From positions 310,001 through 374,000 of the forward strand of contig NIVC01000175.1 in assembly GCA_002269645.1 (NCBI GenBank): 64,000 bases of DNA, in the 5' to 3' direction. Position 1 is the first letter of the stretch; each line of letters begins with the position of its first letter. Source of the stretch: Macrostomum lignano (lineage: Eukaryota). Position numbers and translations under genes: made by a program. Positions 1 through 11,711 of this stretch are shown here, piece after piece. Under the pieces are notes generated by a model. It had not been told where the DNA came from. It worked only from the letters and a program-made list of their open reading frames with translations, and made no database searches.

Positions 1-2
1 GG

Positions 3-1448
3 GTAATTGGGGCCGCCGAGAGCCTGGCGGAGTTCCGTGGCCATGCCCGCCCAGTCGGTAGTCTCGAGAGGCGCGTCCGCCTGACAGGCGGCTTCCGCTG
101 TTGTAGGCGCCTCCGGTGGGCTGGACTCCGGGGTGGTCGGGAGTCTTGGGCTGTCATCGGTGGGCGGCGAGGCTGGTTCCACGCGAAGCTCCGGCCCGGC
201 GATCCTAAAATCAAAGAAGTTATTGGCAACTGCCGCTTCCGCTTTAGGCTTCTTGTCGTCGGTGAGTGCCTCCGGTCGTAGCGCTGGCTGTACAGCCGCC
301 TGCGCCGTTGCAGGCGCCGCGGGGGCCGGGGCCTCAGGTCGGGGCGGTTGTAGTTGTTGTCGCACCGCAGCAGTTCCTCGCAACACGGCCTCCTGGATGT
401 CGGCGTTGCGTTCCACCTTCTCGCTCTTTAAGCGGCGCACAGGGGTCTCCGGCTGAGTGAGATCGATGAATATCGGCGGGGCAGCCGCCGTGGCTCCGGT
501 CGAGTCTTGCTCACGGAATGGCCGGGCGGCGTCGCGAGCTTGCTCGGCCTCAACTTGCCGGCGGATTTCGGCCAGACCGCGACTGACTCCGTCCTCGGGG
601 TTCGCCTGGCGGCATCGAGCCCTGCGCCTTCGGCGCGATCGTCTGAACGGGCGCCGCTCAGGGGGCGGCGAACGGGTCCTAGATGGTGGCGACGTGGGCC
701 GGCTGATGGGCCGGGATCCAATTCGATGCTGGAGGGCGCTGCGAGGTGCATCCTGCGAGCCGCCAAATGGCTCGTACTGGCCAGCGGCCGCGCCAATTGG
801 TTGCCCTGGGAAACTTGGGGCTGAGGCGTCTCGGCGGCGAATCTGCCTTTGGCTTTGCTCGGAAGAAGAGCGCTCAGTGCGCTTCGTGGAGCGTTGCGAG
901 TGCATTTCTGCGCTGAAATGCGTTTCGATTTGTGCGCGGATGCGGGCGGTGCGGGTAACATAAGTCTTAGCCCCAGGATTAATAATCAGCCTCACCGGCT
1001 GCCTACGGTTCCTAGCCGGCCTAGCGGCATCTCTAATTCCTACAGGCGCTTCCATCGGAGTGGTGCATAGCGACGGCCCAGGGGTCTGGACCACAGAAAA
1101 AGCAGCACTGGGGGCGGGAGCAGAAACGGGAGGAAAAGAAACAGCAGGCATAGACGCATTAGGAACAGGCTCATGCAAATGGCATTTACCATACGGCACT
1201 GGCTCACGCCGAAGTGCACTTGCCTGGTTCGCTGGTTTCGTGACCGGTCCACCTCCTGGCTGCACCTCCGGGATCGCCGAAGGCCGGAAGTGCCATCGGA
1301 AGGCCGGCCTTGCGTCGTAGCCTTCCTCATCGTCATCGTCGGGGTCGTCCTGGTCGTCTTCGGGGATCGGCGTCAGGGTCGCGGGTCCTGCACCGTCGGG
1401 AACGTCAGGCGGTCGCCGACGCGTCTTTGGCTTGTCGACTTCAGGATC
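3..1448 (-). CDS. Open frame continuing in the integrase frame after a single TGA; 482 codons, runs off the window edge; Pro/Ala/Arg/acidic-rich, function unknown
   Basis: Hand translation of every codon from 1448 to 3 found no stop. In-frame ATGs at 1151, 1055 and 905. Absent from the ORF track because it has no stop inside the window. Confidence 0.6.
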
Positions 1449-3245
1449 TCAAGTCCTCGTGTAGTCAGCGTCAGGCACGAGCAGAAGGTTCCGGCGATGG
1501 ACGACTAGTTCGGCTCGTCTAGCTCTCGGGTTAGGCAGTCTCCGTCGAATCTTGTAGACGACCTCGCCCTTGGGCTCGACGACTTCGTACAGTGCTTTGC
1601 GAGGTCGATGAAATTTTGCCGCTTCGTCCGGCTCGAGTACCGGGTGCTTGAGGAAGACCAGTTCACCGGGTTGAAGCTTCTTAGCGGCGGGCAGGTTCGA
1701 GTAGTGCTCGTCTGGCAGTTGCTGATGCAGATGCAGGCGCTCCTTGGCCAGCTCAGTCGCCTCGTTCAGGCGACGTTGGAAGTCCTTGACGTAGTCGGGC
1801 AGGTCGGCATACTCGGGCAGCTTCTTCAGCGCGTTGTCGATTGGAATTCGGAAATCACGGCCGAACACCAGGTAGTGAGGCGTGAAACCGGTCACCGGGT
1901 GCACGCTGGAGCGGAGAGCCATCAGACAAGCTGGAAGGAAGGTGTCCCAGTCGTTGTGGTTGCGCTCGATGAGGCTCGATGAGGAGGTGAGGACACTCTT
2001 TAGTTGTTTGTTGAGGTTCTCGACTTGTCCGTTGGAAGCTGGATTGTACGGTGTTTTTGTCGTATGCCGAATGCCAAACAGGTCGCAGAACTTCTTGAAG
2101 GCGGAACCGGTGAAGTCGGTGCCTTGGTCGGTGTGGATCCAGCATGGTACACCGAACTCAGGGATGAAGCGCTCTTGCAGAAGCTTGATGACTGTCTTGG
2201 CCTTCTGGTTTCTCATCGGGTAGGCGAATGGATACTTCGAAGTCGCATCGCACAAGGTCAGGATGTAGCGGTTGCCGCTCTTGCTCTTCTGCGCGATTGG
2301 TCCTACTACATCACAGTGGATTCTACCCAGAACTTCGCAGACTGGGAAGCTCTGGACCGGAACTCTCTCTCGCCGTCGCGATTTACTTTCAAGGCATGTG
2401 CGGCACTTACTGGTGAAGGTCTTGGTAGCACGGGCTAATCCGGGTCTCCAGAACCGTTCTCGTAGCCGCAGTAACGTCTTCGTCTCGCCGAGGTGTCCAC
2501 ACAGTGGCGAACTGTGGAGCTCCTGGAGCACTGGGGCGTCAAGGGCCTCAGGCAGAACAACCTTTGGCGGCTGCTGGCCATCGGACAGGTCAATCAGCAG
2601 CAGGCCGTTGTCCTCCTGCAGGTTCTCGTAGTATCCGACCAGATTCCGCTGCTCCTTCGTCAGTCGCAACCGGGCGTCGAACTCAGGCTTCGGGGCTTCG
2701 TTCTCGACCAGGTTGAGCACGTAGCTGATGGCTCTGTCAGCGCGTTGGGCGTCAACGAACTGTTGGTGAGTCATCGGCAGCTTCAGAAAATCAGTGAGCA
2801 CAGCGCGGCATGGCTGAGGGGTCCGGATTCCCGCAGTCTCCGCTTTAATGGTTCCAGGTCGATCACACGGCACTGTCTTGTCGGCGTCAGGATTAGGTCG
2901 CTCCGAGGGACTTTGTCTCACAACGTCGGCGTTCGTCCATTGATCACGTTTCGAAGTTCTCATCGTCGCTCTCTTGACAGAAAATTCCGCAGATGGAGCA
3001 GCGCGCATGCCTCCACTGCCTAGCCCAGGCGACTCTTGGCTGTAGGACGGGACGCAACACGTGAAGCACGCCTCGTCGCAGGCAGCCGTAGCCGTCGGCT
3101 CAGTCGTCGTCAAAATTGGGTGAGTCTTCTGCACTGGGCGGTGTCGCAAAGGGGGACTCGACTTTCCGCACAGGCAATGAGCAGCTGTCTGTTGGCCCGG
3201 GGGACAGAGCTTCGACCTTGCAGCGATTCTGGCCTCTGTCAACAC
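1449..3245 (-). CDS. Ty3/Gypsy-type (retroviral-like) integrase ORF
   Basis: HHCC zinc finger (HSSPLCGH...CRTC), DDE core (HCDVVGP, TDQG, GQVENLN), C-terminal GPY/F-like region (QPGELVFLK...KFHRPRKALYEV). First in-frame ATG at 3008. No RT or RNase H motifs upstream in this ORF. Confidence 0.93.
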   Translation of the reverse strand: MLTEARIAARSKLCPPGQQTAAHCLCGKSSPPLRHRPVQKTHPILTTTEPTATAACDEACFTCCVPSYSQESPGLGSGGMRAAPSAEFSVKRATMRTSKRDQWTNADVVRQSPSERPNPDADKTVPCDRPGTIKAETAGIRTPQPCRAVLTDFLKLPMTHQQFVDAQRADRAISYVLNLVENEAPKPEFDARLRLTKEQRNLVGYYENLQEDNGLLLIDLSDGQQPPKVVLPEALDAPVLQELHSSPLCGHLGETKTLLRLRERFWRPGLARATKTFTSKCRTCLESKSRRRERVPVQSFPVCEVLGRIHCDVVGPIAQKSKSGNRYILTLCDATSKYPFAYPMRNQKAKTVIKLLQERFIPEFGVPCWIHTDQGTDFTGSAFKKFCDLFGIRHTTKTPYNPASNGQVENLNKQLKSVLTSSSSLIERNHNDWDTFLPACLMALRSSVHPVTGFTPHYLVFGRDFRIPIDNALKKLPEYADLPDYVKDFQRRLNEATELAKERLHLHQQLPDEHYSNLPAAKKLQPGELVFLKHPVLEPDEAAKFHRPRKALYEVVEPKGEVVYKIRRRLPNPRARRAELVVHRRNLLLVPDADYTRT

Positions 3246-3283
3246 GGCGAGAAATCTCAGCGAAAGGCTCGGAGGGGTGGTAG

Positions 3284-4086
3284 TTAAATTGCGGTGACGC
3301 CAGCTGCTCCGGGCCGTGCGGTGCGGCCCTGACCCGCCGCGGCGTGAAAGCCGGGGTGGTTCTGCGGCAGACGGAGGGCTTTTTCGTAGGCGATGAGACA
3401 GAGTTGGTCACGCAGCGTCGCAACGGTGCACACACCGGCCTCGAGGTGCAGGGCCTCCGTAGGAGTGGTGCGCAGTTGACCTGATTCCTAAAATGACCAC
3501 GATTCAAAGCGCCTGGTTCTGTGCTCTTTAGAGGCGGGCGATCGCGGAGTCCGAGAGCCAGGGCATCCAAGCCAGAGCGGCATATGAGAGGATGCTGAGG
3601 AGAGAGCCTTGAAAGTGCGAAGGAGACTGTCTTTGGGCCACCCCCAGGACCTGGCAGCCAGGCAGGCCAGGAGGCGGCATCGGCTGTGGAGCGCACTGCA
3701 GACCTCGGCGACCTGTTTGCGGAAAGCCAGCGAGCGATCCAGATGGACGCCGAGGAAGCGTGGGCTATCATTAGCTGGGATCATGGTCTCGTTCAGCAGA
3801 ATGCGCGGGCGAGCCGAGGCCTCGTTGGTGTTGGAGGTGAACAGGGCGCATTCGCTCTTTTTGGCGTTGAGAACCGTCTTGTTGGCCGAGCTCCAGGTCG
3901 CGACCTGGGAGACCGCGGTTTGAAGGCGTTCGTTGGCCGTCGCGAGATTATTGTAGCGCGTGTGCAGGGCAATGTCGTCAGCGTACATCAAGATGGAGAT
4001 GTACGGTTGGACCGACGTCACCACCGGATCGATTTTGGAAAATGCCAAAAAGCAGCGGGCGATGACTGAGCCCTGGGGAGTCCTTG
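3284..4086 (-). mobile_element. Degenerate non-LTR retrotransposon (LINE) RT C-terminal fragment, I/Jockey-group-like
   Basis: LPQGSVI (frameshifted), MYADDIAL, LNAKKSE, PRFLGVHLDRSLAF, SWG, SILSYA..W, GQLRTTPTEALHLEAG; several frameshifts and stops. Confidence 0.88.
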
Positions 4087-4099
4087 ACGCATGCAGTCA

Positions 4100-4214
4100 G
4101 CACCGTCAGGTGGGAGGCCGGCACCGTCAGGTGGGAGGCCGGAACCGTCAGGTGGGAGGCCGGCACCGTCAGGTGGGAGGCCGGCGCCGTCAGGTGGGAG
4201 GCCGGCACCATCAG
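4100..4214. repeat. 21-bp minisatellite, about 5.5 copies
   Basis: Unit GCACCGTCAGGTGGGAGGCCG, near perfect. Confidence 0.95.
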
Positions 4215-4244
4215 CTGGCGCACCGGTAGAAACAAAAAATCAGA

Positions 4245-4660
4245 TTACTGCTCCAGAGTGCCAAGTGCAGCGGCAAGCAGATCGAAGTTTGCGTCTGTAG
4301 CGTGCTGAAAATCTGCATCAGATTGCTGACACACGCCCTGAATTGTTTGGCTGAGTGCGCTGACGGGTGCTCGACTGCGCTCGACAATGTTGAGCTGCTC
4401 TTGACGCTGGACAGTCTCCAAGGCATCACGGCTTGTTTTAAATCTCCAGGTGAGCTCCAATTAATAATCATGTGGTTTTTGTAAGCTCGAACTTGCTGGC
4501 GCTCATTAAAGAGCTCACGCGTCTGACACTCGTGACAAAGCAGCCAGTGACTGACGCTGCAGCTGCTTTTCGTTTTGTGACGCTTTAAGCCACCCAGCTC
4601 ACATGAGTTGCAGGAAATGCACACCTTGAACGCATGTGAAGGGCAGCGGAATTTATTCAT
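4245..4660 (-). pseudogene. Possible B-box plus coiled-coil (TRIM-like) gene remnant
   Basis: CPSH-x4-C-x2-C-x2-C...LLCHEC...KNH resembles a B-box; a frameshift near 4465 leads into a helical-looking segment (ELTWRFKTSRDALETVQRQEQ...). Confidence 0.3.
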
Positions 4661-7276
4661 TCGTATTCTTTAATCTTCAAATTAAAAATCTAAATAAAAT
4701 TTAAAATAAAATTAAAAGTAGAAACTTATGTCCCCTATTCAAGTATACGGTGTCATATATTCGAGTACATCGCTCATTCAGATCTGTGTTAATAAAAATA
4801 TAGCCGCTATGTTTATAGCTTAGCTATGTTTACAGTCAGTAACCCAGCCATCTCAGGAACCGAGTATTTTTAATAATTTTACTAAAAAGGTAATGAGCCT
4901 CTATTTAGAGCATACAATTACAAAAGTTCCTTTGCACTTGAACTCTCGACTAGACTGGGGAGCAATAAAACTGATAACTATTGAGCGTCCAGTTTTATTT
5001 AGCAACGCAGCCACCACCCCATGAAGGGGAGAGAGATGCGTGGCTATTATGTTATTATTTAAAACATATTTTTATTGAGATTTTGCCTAATTATTAGCTT
5101 GTATACAATTACCAAAATACCCTTTTAAACAAAAGACATTTACATAGGCTCTTATGTTCACTCACTAGGCCTGTGGTTTTCCCACGGAAATTCCTGAAAT
5201 CATAGAGTCTTTATTTCTCCTACTACTTTCGTTGCATGCTCAATGGATGCACAAGTGTTATAGTGATGCGTTTTATTCCATAGACGACAAGCCGTCTGAC
5301 CGCAGATTTTTATAAAGCAGTGTCTATATAAAAACAGTAAAAATAGGGGTGTTGTACCAAAAGACTTCAGTGAAAATTAAGTCAGCTAGAAATATTGTCG
5401 TCTCTTTGATAAATAGCAAAACCCAGGTCGACACCCCATAGTAATCTTAGTAATTTTCTTAGTAAGAGTAGCGTAAGAAGGGCTAATCTTACTAGGATCC
5501 TTACTAAGATTCTTAGTAGGCTAAGGCTATTTTAGTACGACTTATTAAAATTTCTTTAGTAATCTCGGTAATCTTATTATATAGTAATAAGACTACAAAT
5601 ATTATCATGGATTTTCCAGCAATTATTTTATCATTTTCGTTCTGTTCAGTCAGCAATATATGCATGTTTGAGTAAGGTATATGCTAATCAGATGCATATG
5701 GCCAGCTGACAGCTCACTGTGCTCTGTTTAATGTATGCCTCGCAGCTCCATCCATGCATGGCCAGCCATTAATTTTTATATGGTGCATGGCCACGGTCAC
5801 CTCCAATATAATATACATAATAAGTGTGAACAAAAATAGAATCTACAGTCAAGCTACTACATCTAACTGTCAATGTATCACAACCACAATTACTTGTATC
5901 TATAAATACATCATATGAGTCAAAAATGACACAAAATGGAGCAGTCAATCGGCAATTTTCTATAACTGTTTAAGTTAAATGCAAAAACGCAGTTTAAATA
6001 TTTTAACGCTTCAAAGAGAAATTTTAAGTGTTTGTAGAATACAACAAACAAACAAACCATTTTTAGTATATGGATTTATTAGCTATTTACATTTACAATT
6101 TTACAACATTTACAATATCATACAGAATAAAATAAGAAAAGTGCTTTTAATAAAATAAGTATTTTTTTATATGTACTTGATTAATTAAAAGATCAATAAT
6201 TTAGTAAGCACTGCTGCCTGAAACACACGTGGCACGACAGTCAGCGGCTGAATCAGCTCTCCAAGCGCAGTCAAATAAAAAAGTTTAAGAAAATTAACAT
6301 TTTCGAAGACATTTTAGCAATCAGATTGGTTACTTTAGAAAACGTTTAGAAGTTACGAAAAACGACGTAATCATAGCAGACCATTGTGTAGTTTAAATAA
6401 CAGCAACAAGAAAATGCAACGATTTCTTTTCGCTCTCGTTTAGCGCACTAAATAGGTAAGAAAATTAGGAGGGAGCCCGAAAGGTTGGCCAGAGAAGGGA
6501 AAGTCTGATAGGTTAGTTTGCACTAACTCTAGTCTAGGTTCAACGTCCAGTTTTCGGCTCGGTGAATCACGTTTCTTTAACGCACGGAATAACATATTCG
6601 AGTCTAAATTTATCCAAGGGAAAAAACAAAAACAACGTTTGTTTTTGAGTAGAAAAACTAAGCTATAAAATACAACCAATATAAAGCAAAAACCAGATAG
6701 AAATGATTTACAAAAGTTGCTTACTTAGAGTATTGACAACTAGCTATTGCCATAGCCATACTATATGAATCTTCATTTTGGCTTTTGTAAAAGCATTTAC
6801 AACTTTTAAACAGATAACCAAAAAGTAAAAAAAAATCCGCTGACTTTAGACTAGTGAAATAAGCCTTAAGGAGACTCAAAGTAAATAGTTTGCTTATTTA
6901 ATTTTTTGGCTTACATAGCTATAGCCATAGGCTTATAATATAAAAATAATCAGCAATCATTATTTGTTTAAAGTATCTTTTTTTATTAGTCAGGCTTCTA
7001 GCCTATCCTGGCCCCTGGCCAATCCTGGCCAACTGTCTGGCCGATTGCAATGTCGTCGATCCCTTTAAGCAAGTGTTTGTGGGACTGTCCCAAAATAGAA
7101 TAAGTCCTATCCGATTTTTTAAAAATAGATACGCTTCACACTCAGGCACTTGTCGAAAGACACAGCGCCGTTGATTTAATTGCTTATCCATTGTATTGGT
7201 TTACAAGAGCGAATACAAGAGATGAAGTTACACGTACGTTTCTGCATGCCGCCACTCTTTTGCTGTGCGTTGGTGG

Positions 7277-7434
7277 TGTTGTGGGTTGATGGCTTTGCCA
7301 TAGACATTTTTGTTACGCGACTGCGTTGATGAATTGAACCATGCTATTGAGTTATGAAATAAAGGATAGACGCGTCAGAGGTCAACAGACCGCTAGACTG
7401 ACAATTGCTAAAGGCTAAAGCCAAAAGCACAACA
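7277..7434 (+). mobile_element. 5' LTR (158 bp) of a Ty3/Gypsy element
   Basis: Inverted termini TGTTGTG...CACAACA, AATAAA at 7358-7363, followed by a TGG-starting PBS and gag. Confidence 0.8.
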
Positions 7435-7435
7435 G

Positions 7436-7448
7436 TGGCGTCGGCAAG
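7436..7448 (+). other. Primer-binding site (TGGCGTCGGCAAG)
   Basis: Starts with TGG one base after the LTR-terminal CA. Cognate tRNA not assigned. Confidence 0.7.
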
Positions 7449-7462
7449 TATAGGCTACGAAA

Positions 7463-9216
7463 ATGCCTGGAAGTACGCCAGCATCGCCAACTAAAGGAGT
7501 TGGTAAAACGGTTTCGAGCGACAAAGCACCACCGCTTGCGATCTCGTCGAAATCAGTCCAAGCGACAAAGTCGGCAACAGCGACAGCGCAGAACCCAAGC
7601 GCACAAGTATCGAGAGGACAGCAAGTTGACATCGAAAAACTCGATGAAAGTTCGAACTTCCAGAGGTAATTGGACCGATTCACACTGTGCAGCGAACTCA
7701 ACGGCTGGCAGGACGACACGAAAAACAAGCTGCTGCTGATGAAGCTCAGCACCAAGCTGTAGGACGCATTGGCAGATCGAGCCGCTCCCAAGAAGCCGGG
7801 AGAAAAGAGCTTCAATGAACTGACCAAACTACTGGCCAGCATCCTGGAACCAAAGACGTTCGTCATGGCTGAGAGATTCAATTTCCAGCATATCACTCGC
7901 ACGGCATCTATGAGCATTCGTGAGTATGCACAGCAACTCTGCATGCAGGCAGACAAGTGTCAGTTTGGCCTATCCAGAGATGAGAGACTGAGAGATCAGC
8001 TCGTATTCGGTTTGAATGACAAGGTGGCCATCAGCAAGTTATTGGAACAGGACTTCAGCACTCTCACGTTTGAGACAGCTATCAACATCGCTGAGGCGCA
8101 CCAGAACCTATCACAAACGCAAATACTAAAGGGTTGCACCAGTCAGCCGCAGTCTTCTGAAGTAATGAAAATTTCCGCATCGGTGGCCAGAGGCTCCCAC
8201 TCTACAAGCTCCAAGTGTGGCAGATGTGGCACAATGCATGGCTCCAGTGGAGGGTGTCCTGCGAAAGGAAAACGTGCAACAAATGTGGCATGCAAAACCA
8301 CTTCGCAACAGTTTGCAAAACGAAATCAACTGGTTTTGGCAAAGGCCGAAAATCGTTCAAAAGCCCGTCAGCATCTGGTCAATTTAGGCGAGCTGCAGTG
8401 TGGCCAAGGACCACAAGCTTTGTAGATGCAAGCGAAGCTGAACAGGAGGATTGTTTTCACATTCGACATCCCGTTGATAGCTACACCGTGCCTGTTAGGC
8501 TCAGACACACGAGCGGGTCGATGCTTAGCGTGAACGCACAAATCGATACTGGGGCAGGAGTTTCGGTAATGTCAAAAACGATCTGGAAACGATTGGGTTG
8601 TCCAAAGCTGACACCTACAGACACTGTTCTGACAACATACGCTGATACGCAGATGAAGGTCTTTGGAACACACGACACTGAGTTGGAGTACAATGACGAG
8701 TTCATTCCAATCACATTCTTCATTGTGGAATCGCAGAGGAACTTTGTTCTGGTTGGCCGAGACAAGCTCAATTTCACGCTAAACGCTGTAGACAACAGCT
8801 GCACATCGGCAACCCAGTCATGCGAATTTCCACCAGTAACTCTTAAGATCAAGGAAGGAACCACTCCAATTCATTGCAAACCCAGGCCGCTACCCTTCGC
8901 ACTCAGACAGGGAGTCAAGGATGAAATCGATCGGTTGCTTGAAGAAGACACCATCAAGCCCGTCAAGTTCAGTGAATAGGCCTCACCAATTGTCGTGGTC
9001 AAGAAACCTTCTGGAAAGCTCAGACTTTGCGTCGACTACAAGGTGACAATCAATTCTCATCTTATCAACGATTCATATCCGATGCCTGCACCTGACGAAG
9101 TGATTGCAACTGCTGCTGGCAGCCGGATATACACTCGTCTGGACCTAGAGAAAGCTTATCACCAGATCCCACTAAATGAAGCTTCCAAAGAGCTGACAGT
9201 AATGTCAACACCATTC
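7463..9216 (+). mobile_element. Degenerate, 3'-truncated Mag-type Ty3/Gypsy gag-pol (gag, two zinc knuckles, protease, start of RT)
   Basis: AERFNF, LRDQLVFGL, CGRCGTMH...C, CNKCGMQNHFATVC, protease IDTGAGVSV, RT PIVVVKKPSGKLRLCVDYK, LDLEKAYHQIPL, ends at STPF before YxDD. Stops at 7667, 7760 and 8977; frameshift near 8270. Confidence 0.93.
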
Positions 9217-9625
9217 TACGTTGGTGTAGTCCCACTACCCGTTTTTATCAGGCAAAGCTTGCTGCTTGCTGGCCAGAGAAATTAATCATTCCTTTTTTAC
9301 TTTGGCGTCGCATTAAACTATTTGCACACAACTATGTGCTCTGCCAACAAACCTGATGAAGCTTCAGGCTTACCGAGTGATGCTCTGTAGTGGTCAGTAG
9401 ATAAGGGAAAATCAAACATTTCCTAAAATCCATTCCTAAATAAAATCCATTATTGCTAGCCTAATTTGGACACAGTCACCGTCTTTTTTATGTAGCTAGA
9501 GTAAACACCGATTTTCTCTTATTAATATTGACTTGCTGTAAGCTTCGTGCCGATCACCTATTTTACGAGAAACGAATCTGCATTAGCCTAATTCAGTCTG
9601 AACCCTATACACGTCGGTACCCGCA

Positions 9626-11247
9626 ATGCAGCTGATAAAAAATGCATTGAGTGGCACATCAGCGCACGGTCTGTCAAGAGTTACGTCCAACAAGCCAATC
9701 TACGTTCGATTAACTTGGTTCGATTCCTAATTATGTTTGGCCTGTTTCTCAAAGGACTCGTTGAGTTCGTGGAGAAGTTGCGGGTGAAGAAAGTAACCAG
9801 CTCGATAGAATCTGACGGTGTTAAGTTTCGATTTCCGGACATATTTGCCTGCTTTGAGAATCCCATCTCTAGCAGCTATTCGGCCACATTGGACTACGCC
9901 ACAGCTTCTGCTATTAATACCAGCTTCAGTATGGTTGATAAAGAGCTCCAGTTTCATGCCATTAAAGAAAACCTATCTCAAGAGAATACTGCAAAGCTGA
10001 TGATTGAAAATAGCTTTGTCTATGTGTTTGGGTTGTCTTATAAACTTTTGTTTGACTCGTTGGCTCATCGAGTTGAGCAGTCGTTGATCTCTAGCACCAT
10101 TGTCTACATGAGCGAAATCGGTGACGCTAAATTAGCAGAGATCGAAGCTTATCCGTTTAACCATTCGCAGTACCTTCGCTGCCTACGTTGGACCATCAAC
10201 AGAACTTGGCAGGATAAAATGACTACAGTCGAAGCGTGGGCCGGACTCACTATCACCTTGCTGTTGGACACTAGCGGCTCCTTGCTGGAGCTCAAAGGTG
10301 GTTATAAAATACCGCGTAGAACTTTCATTCCGGACGGCTCGGAGATCCCGATATCTGATTGGACTCTAGCAATCAAGGACTACAAACAGGCTGACAGGCC
10401 GATTGGACTGAAGGTGTTTTTGAGTCCACCTGGCGAATATCCTTCGGACTTTGTGAGTTCATTCTCTCTTGGCCCGGGTAGATATCACACTGTGGAAATC
10501 AAAATGTCAGCTTACTCCTTCAAGGAGGATCAATTTAAGTGCATTGGCGACGACCATCCCGCTATTCAGTTCACTAATCCGTACGATCTGTCTGCCTACA
10601 GCCATGTGTATAGCTACTCCTACTGCTACTACTATGAATACCACCGTTTGAACCAGCTGCTGTTAAACCTATCTGGTAACATCAGTCCTTTACCATGGCC
10701 CCTGAGAGATTTCAAGTACATGTTTAACATATCTTCAAGGCCGCACTACGGTAGCATGGATTACGAACAATCGGTGTGGGACCAGCAAGGAGAGCTGGCC
10801 GAGCAAATTCGAGAAACCTGCAAGCAGAAGCGACCCTGCAGCACGCTGGACTACAGTGCCAGCATATCCAGCGCTGACTAGCCCACGCACAGCTCTCTGG
10901 CTCCTTTTATCAACAGCTCAGTAAGGCAGGCTTGAATGCGAGCCAAATACAGGAACCTCAGCGTACCAGCTCTTGACTTTTTGCTAACTAGCAACTCTTC
11001 CCGTGTTGCCTCGTACGTCCGCGACAATCTGTTAAAAGTGCACTTCAAGCCTAGCAGCGTCAGTAGCGACAAAGTCACATTCTCTATCGACTACGGATTT
11101 TCAAATTTCGTCTCGGAAGTTGGCGGCATCATGGGCATCTACTTAGGCATGTCGTTGCTGACCCTATGCGAGCTGCTGGAACTGCTGTACGACATTTTTG
11201 CACGATATTGTTTGAAGAACGACAATGAATTGCCTGCTGAAAAGTGA
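9626..11247 (+). pseudogene. Intronless DEG/ENaC (amiloride-sensitive channel family) gene, disabled
   Basis: ATG at 9626, TSAHG motif and RLTWF, frameshift near 9722 into TM1, FPDIFAC, then TAG at 10879 (at the expected W of WP) and TGA at 10933, TM2 FVSEVGGIMGIYLGMSLLTLCELLE. Confidence 0.88.
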
Positions 11248-11711
11248 CCCTCTTAAATATGAATAAAAACTCTGTCAGTACCGTTGAATTCCCTGTAAAC
11301 AAATTGTGAGCAGTTTATCGAGATTTTAACTAAGCTAGAATAAAGTTCATAACGCCTCTATGGTGTGGAGATTGGAAATTCAATTTTTAAAATCTGTTTT
11401 AATCTGAAAAAAGTGACGAACGACTTTTGCTAACTATTTGTCAAGTGAAAACGCTGTCTGTAAAAATCTTTCTGAAAAGTTATCTTATCTACTATTCGGT
11501 ACAAGTGCAAACTTTGCCCAGTCAGTCACTAAACTTTTCCAGTCAACTGTCATCCAGGTTAAACAATAGTGTTGAGCAAAATATAAAATGAATTTTTCTG
11601 CAAAATATTATTGCTCTCGCTCTATTTTGCCGAGCTTAACGATAAATTTAGCTTGACTGTTGAGCGTATCGTGCTTTTTTAACAGCAAGTATTCTGTAAA
11701 GCTTTGAAGTG

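Noticed and set aside
133-3287. Plus-strand ORFs over the integrase region
   Set aside because: Antisense shadows of a GC-rich minus-strand coding frame; no recognisable motifs.
8260-8280. Programmed ribosomal frameshift in the Mag-type element
   Set aside because: It falls between the two gag zinc knuckles in an A run, lacks a proper slippery heptamer, and the copy has three other stops; a 1-nt loss is simpler.
10856-10969. A small intron that would remove both DEG/ENaC stops
   Set aside because: The only frame-preserving choice uses a weak GTGCCA donor and deletes conserved sequence, and the upstream frameshift would remain.
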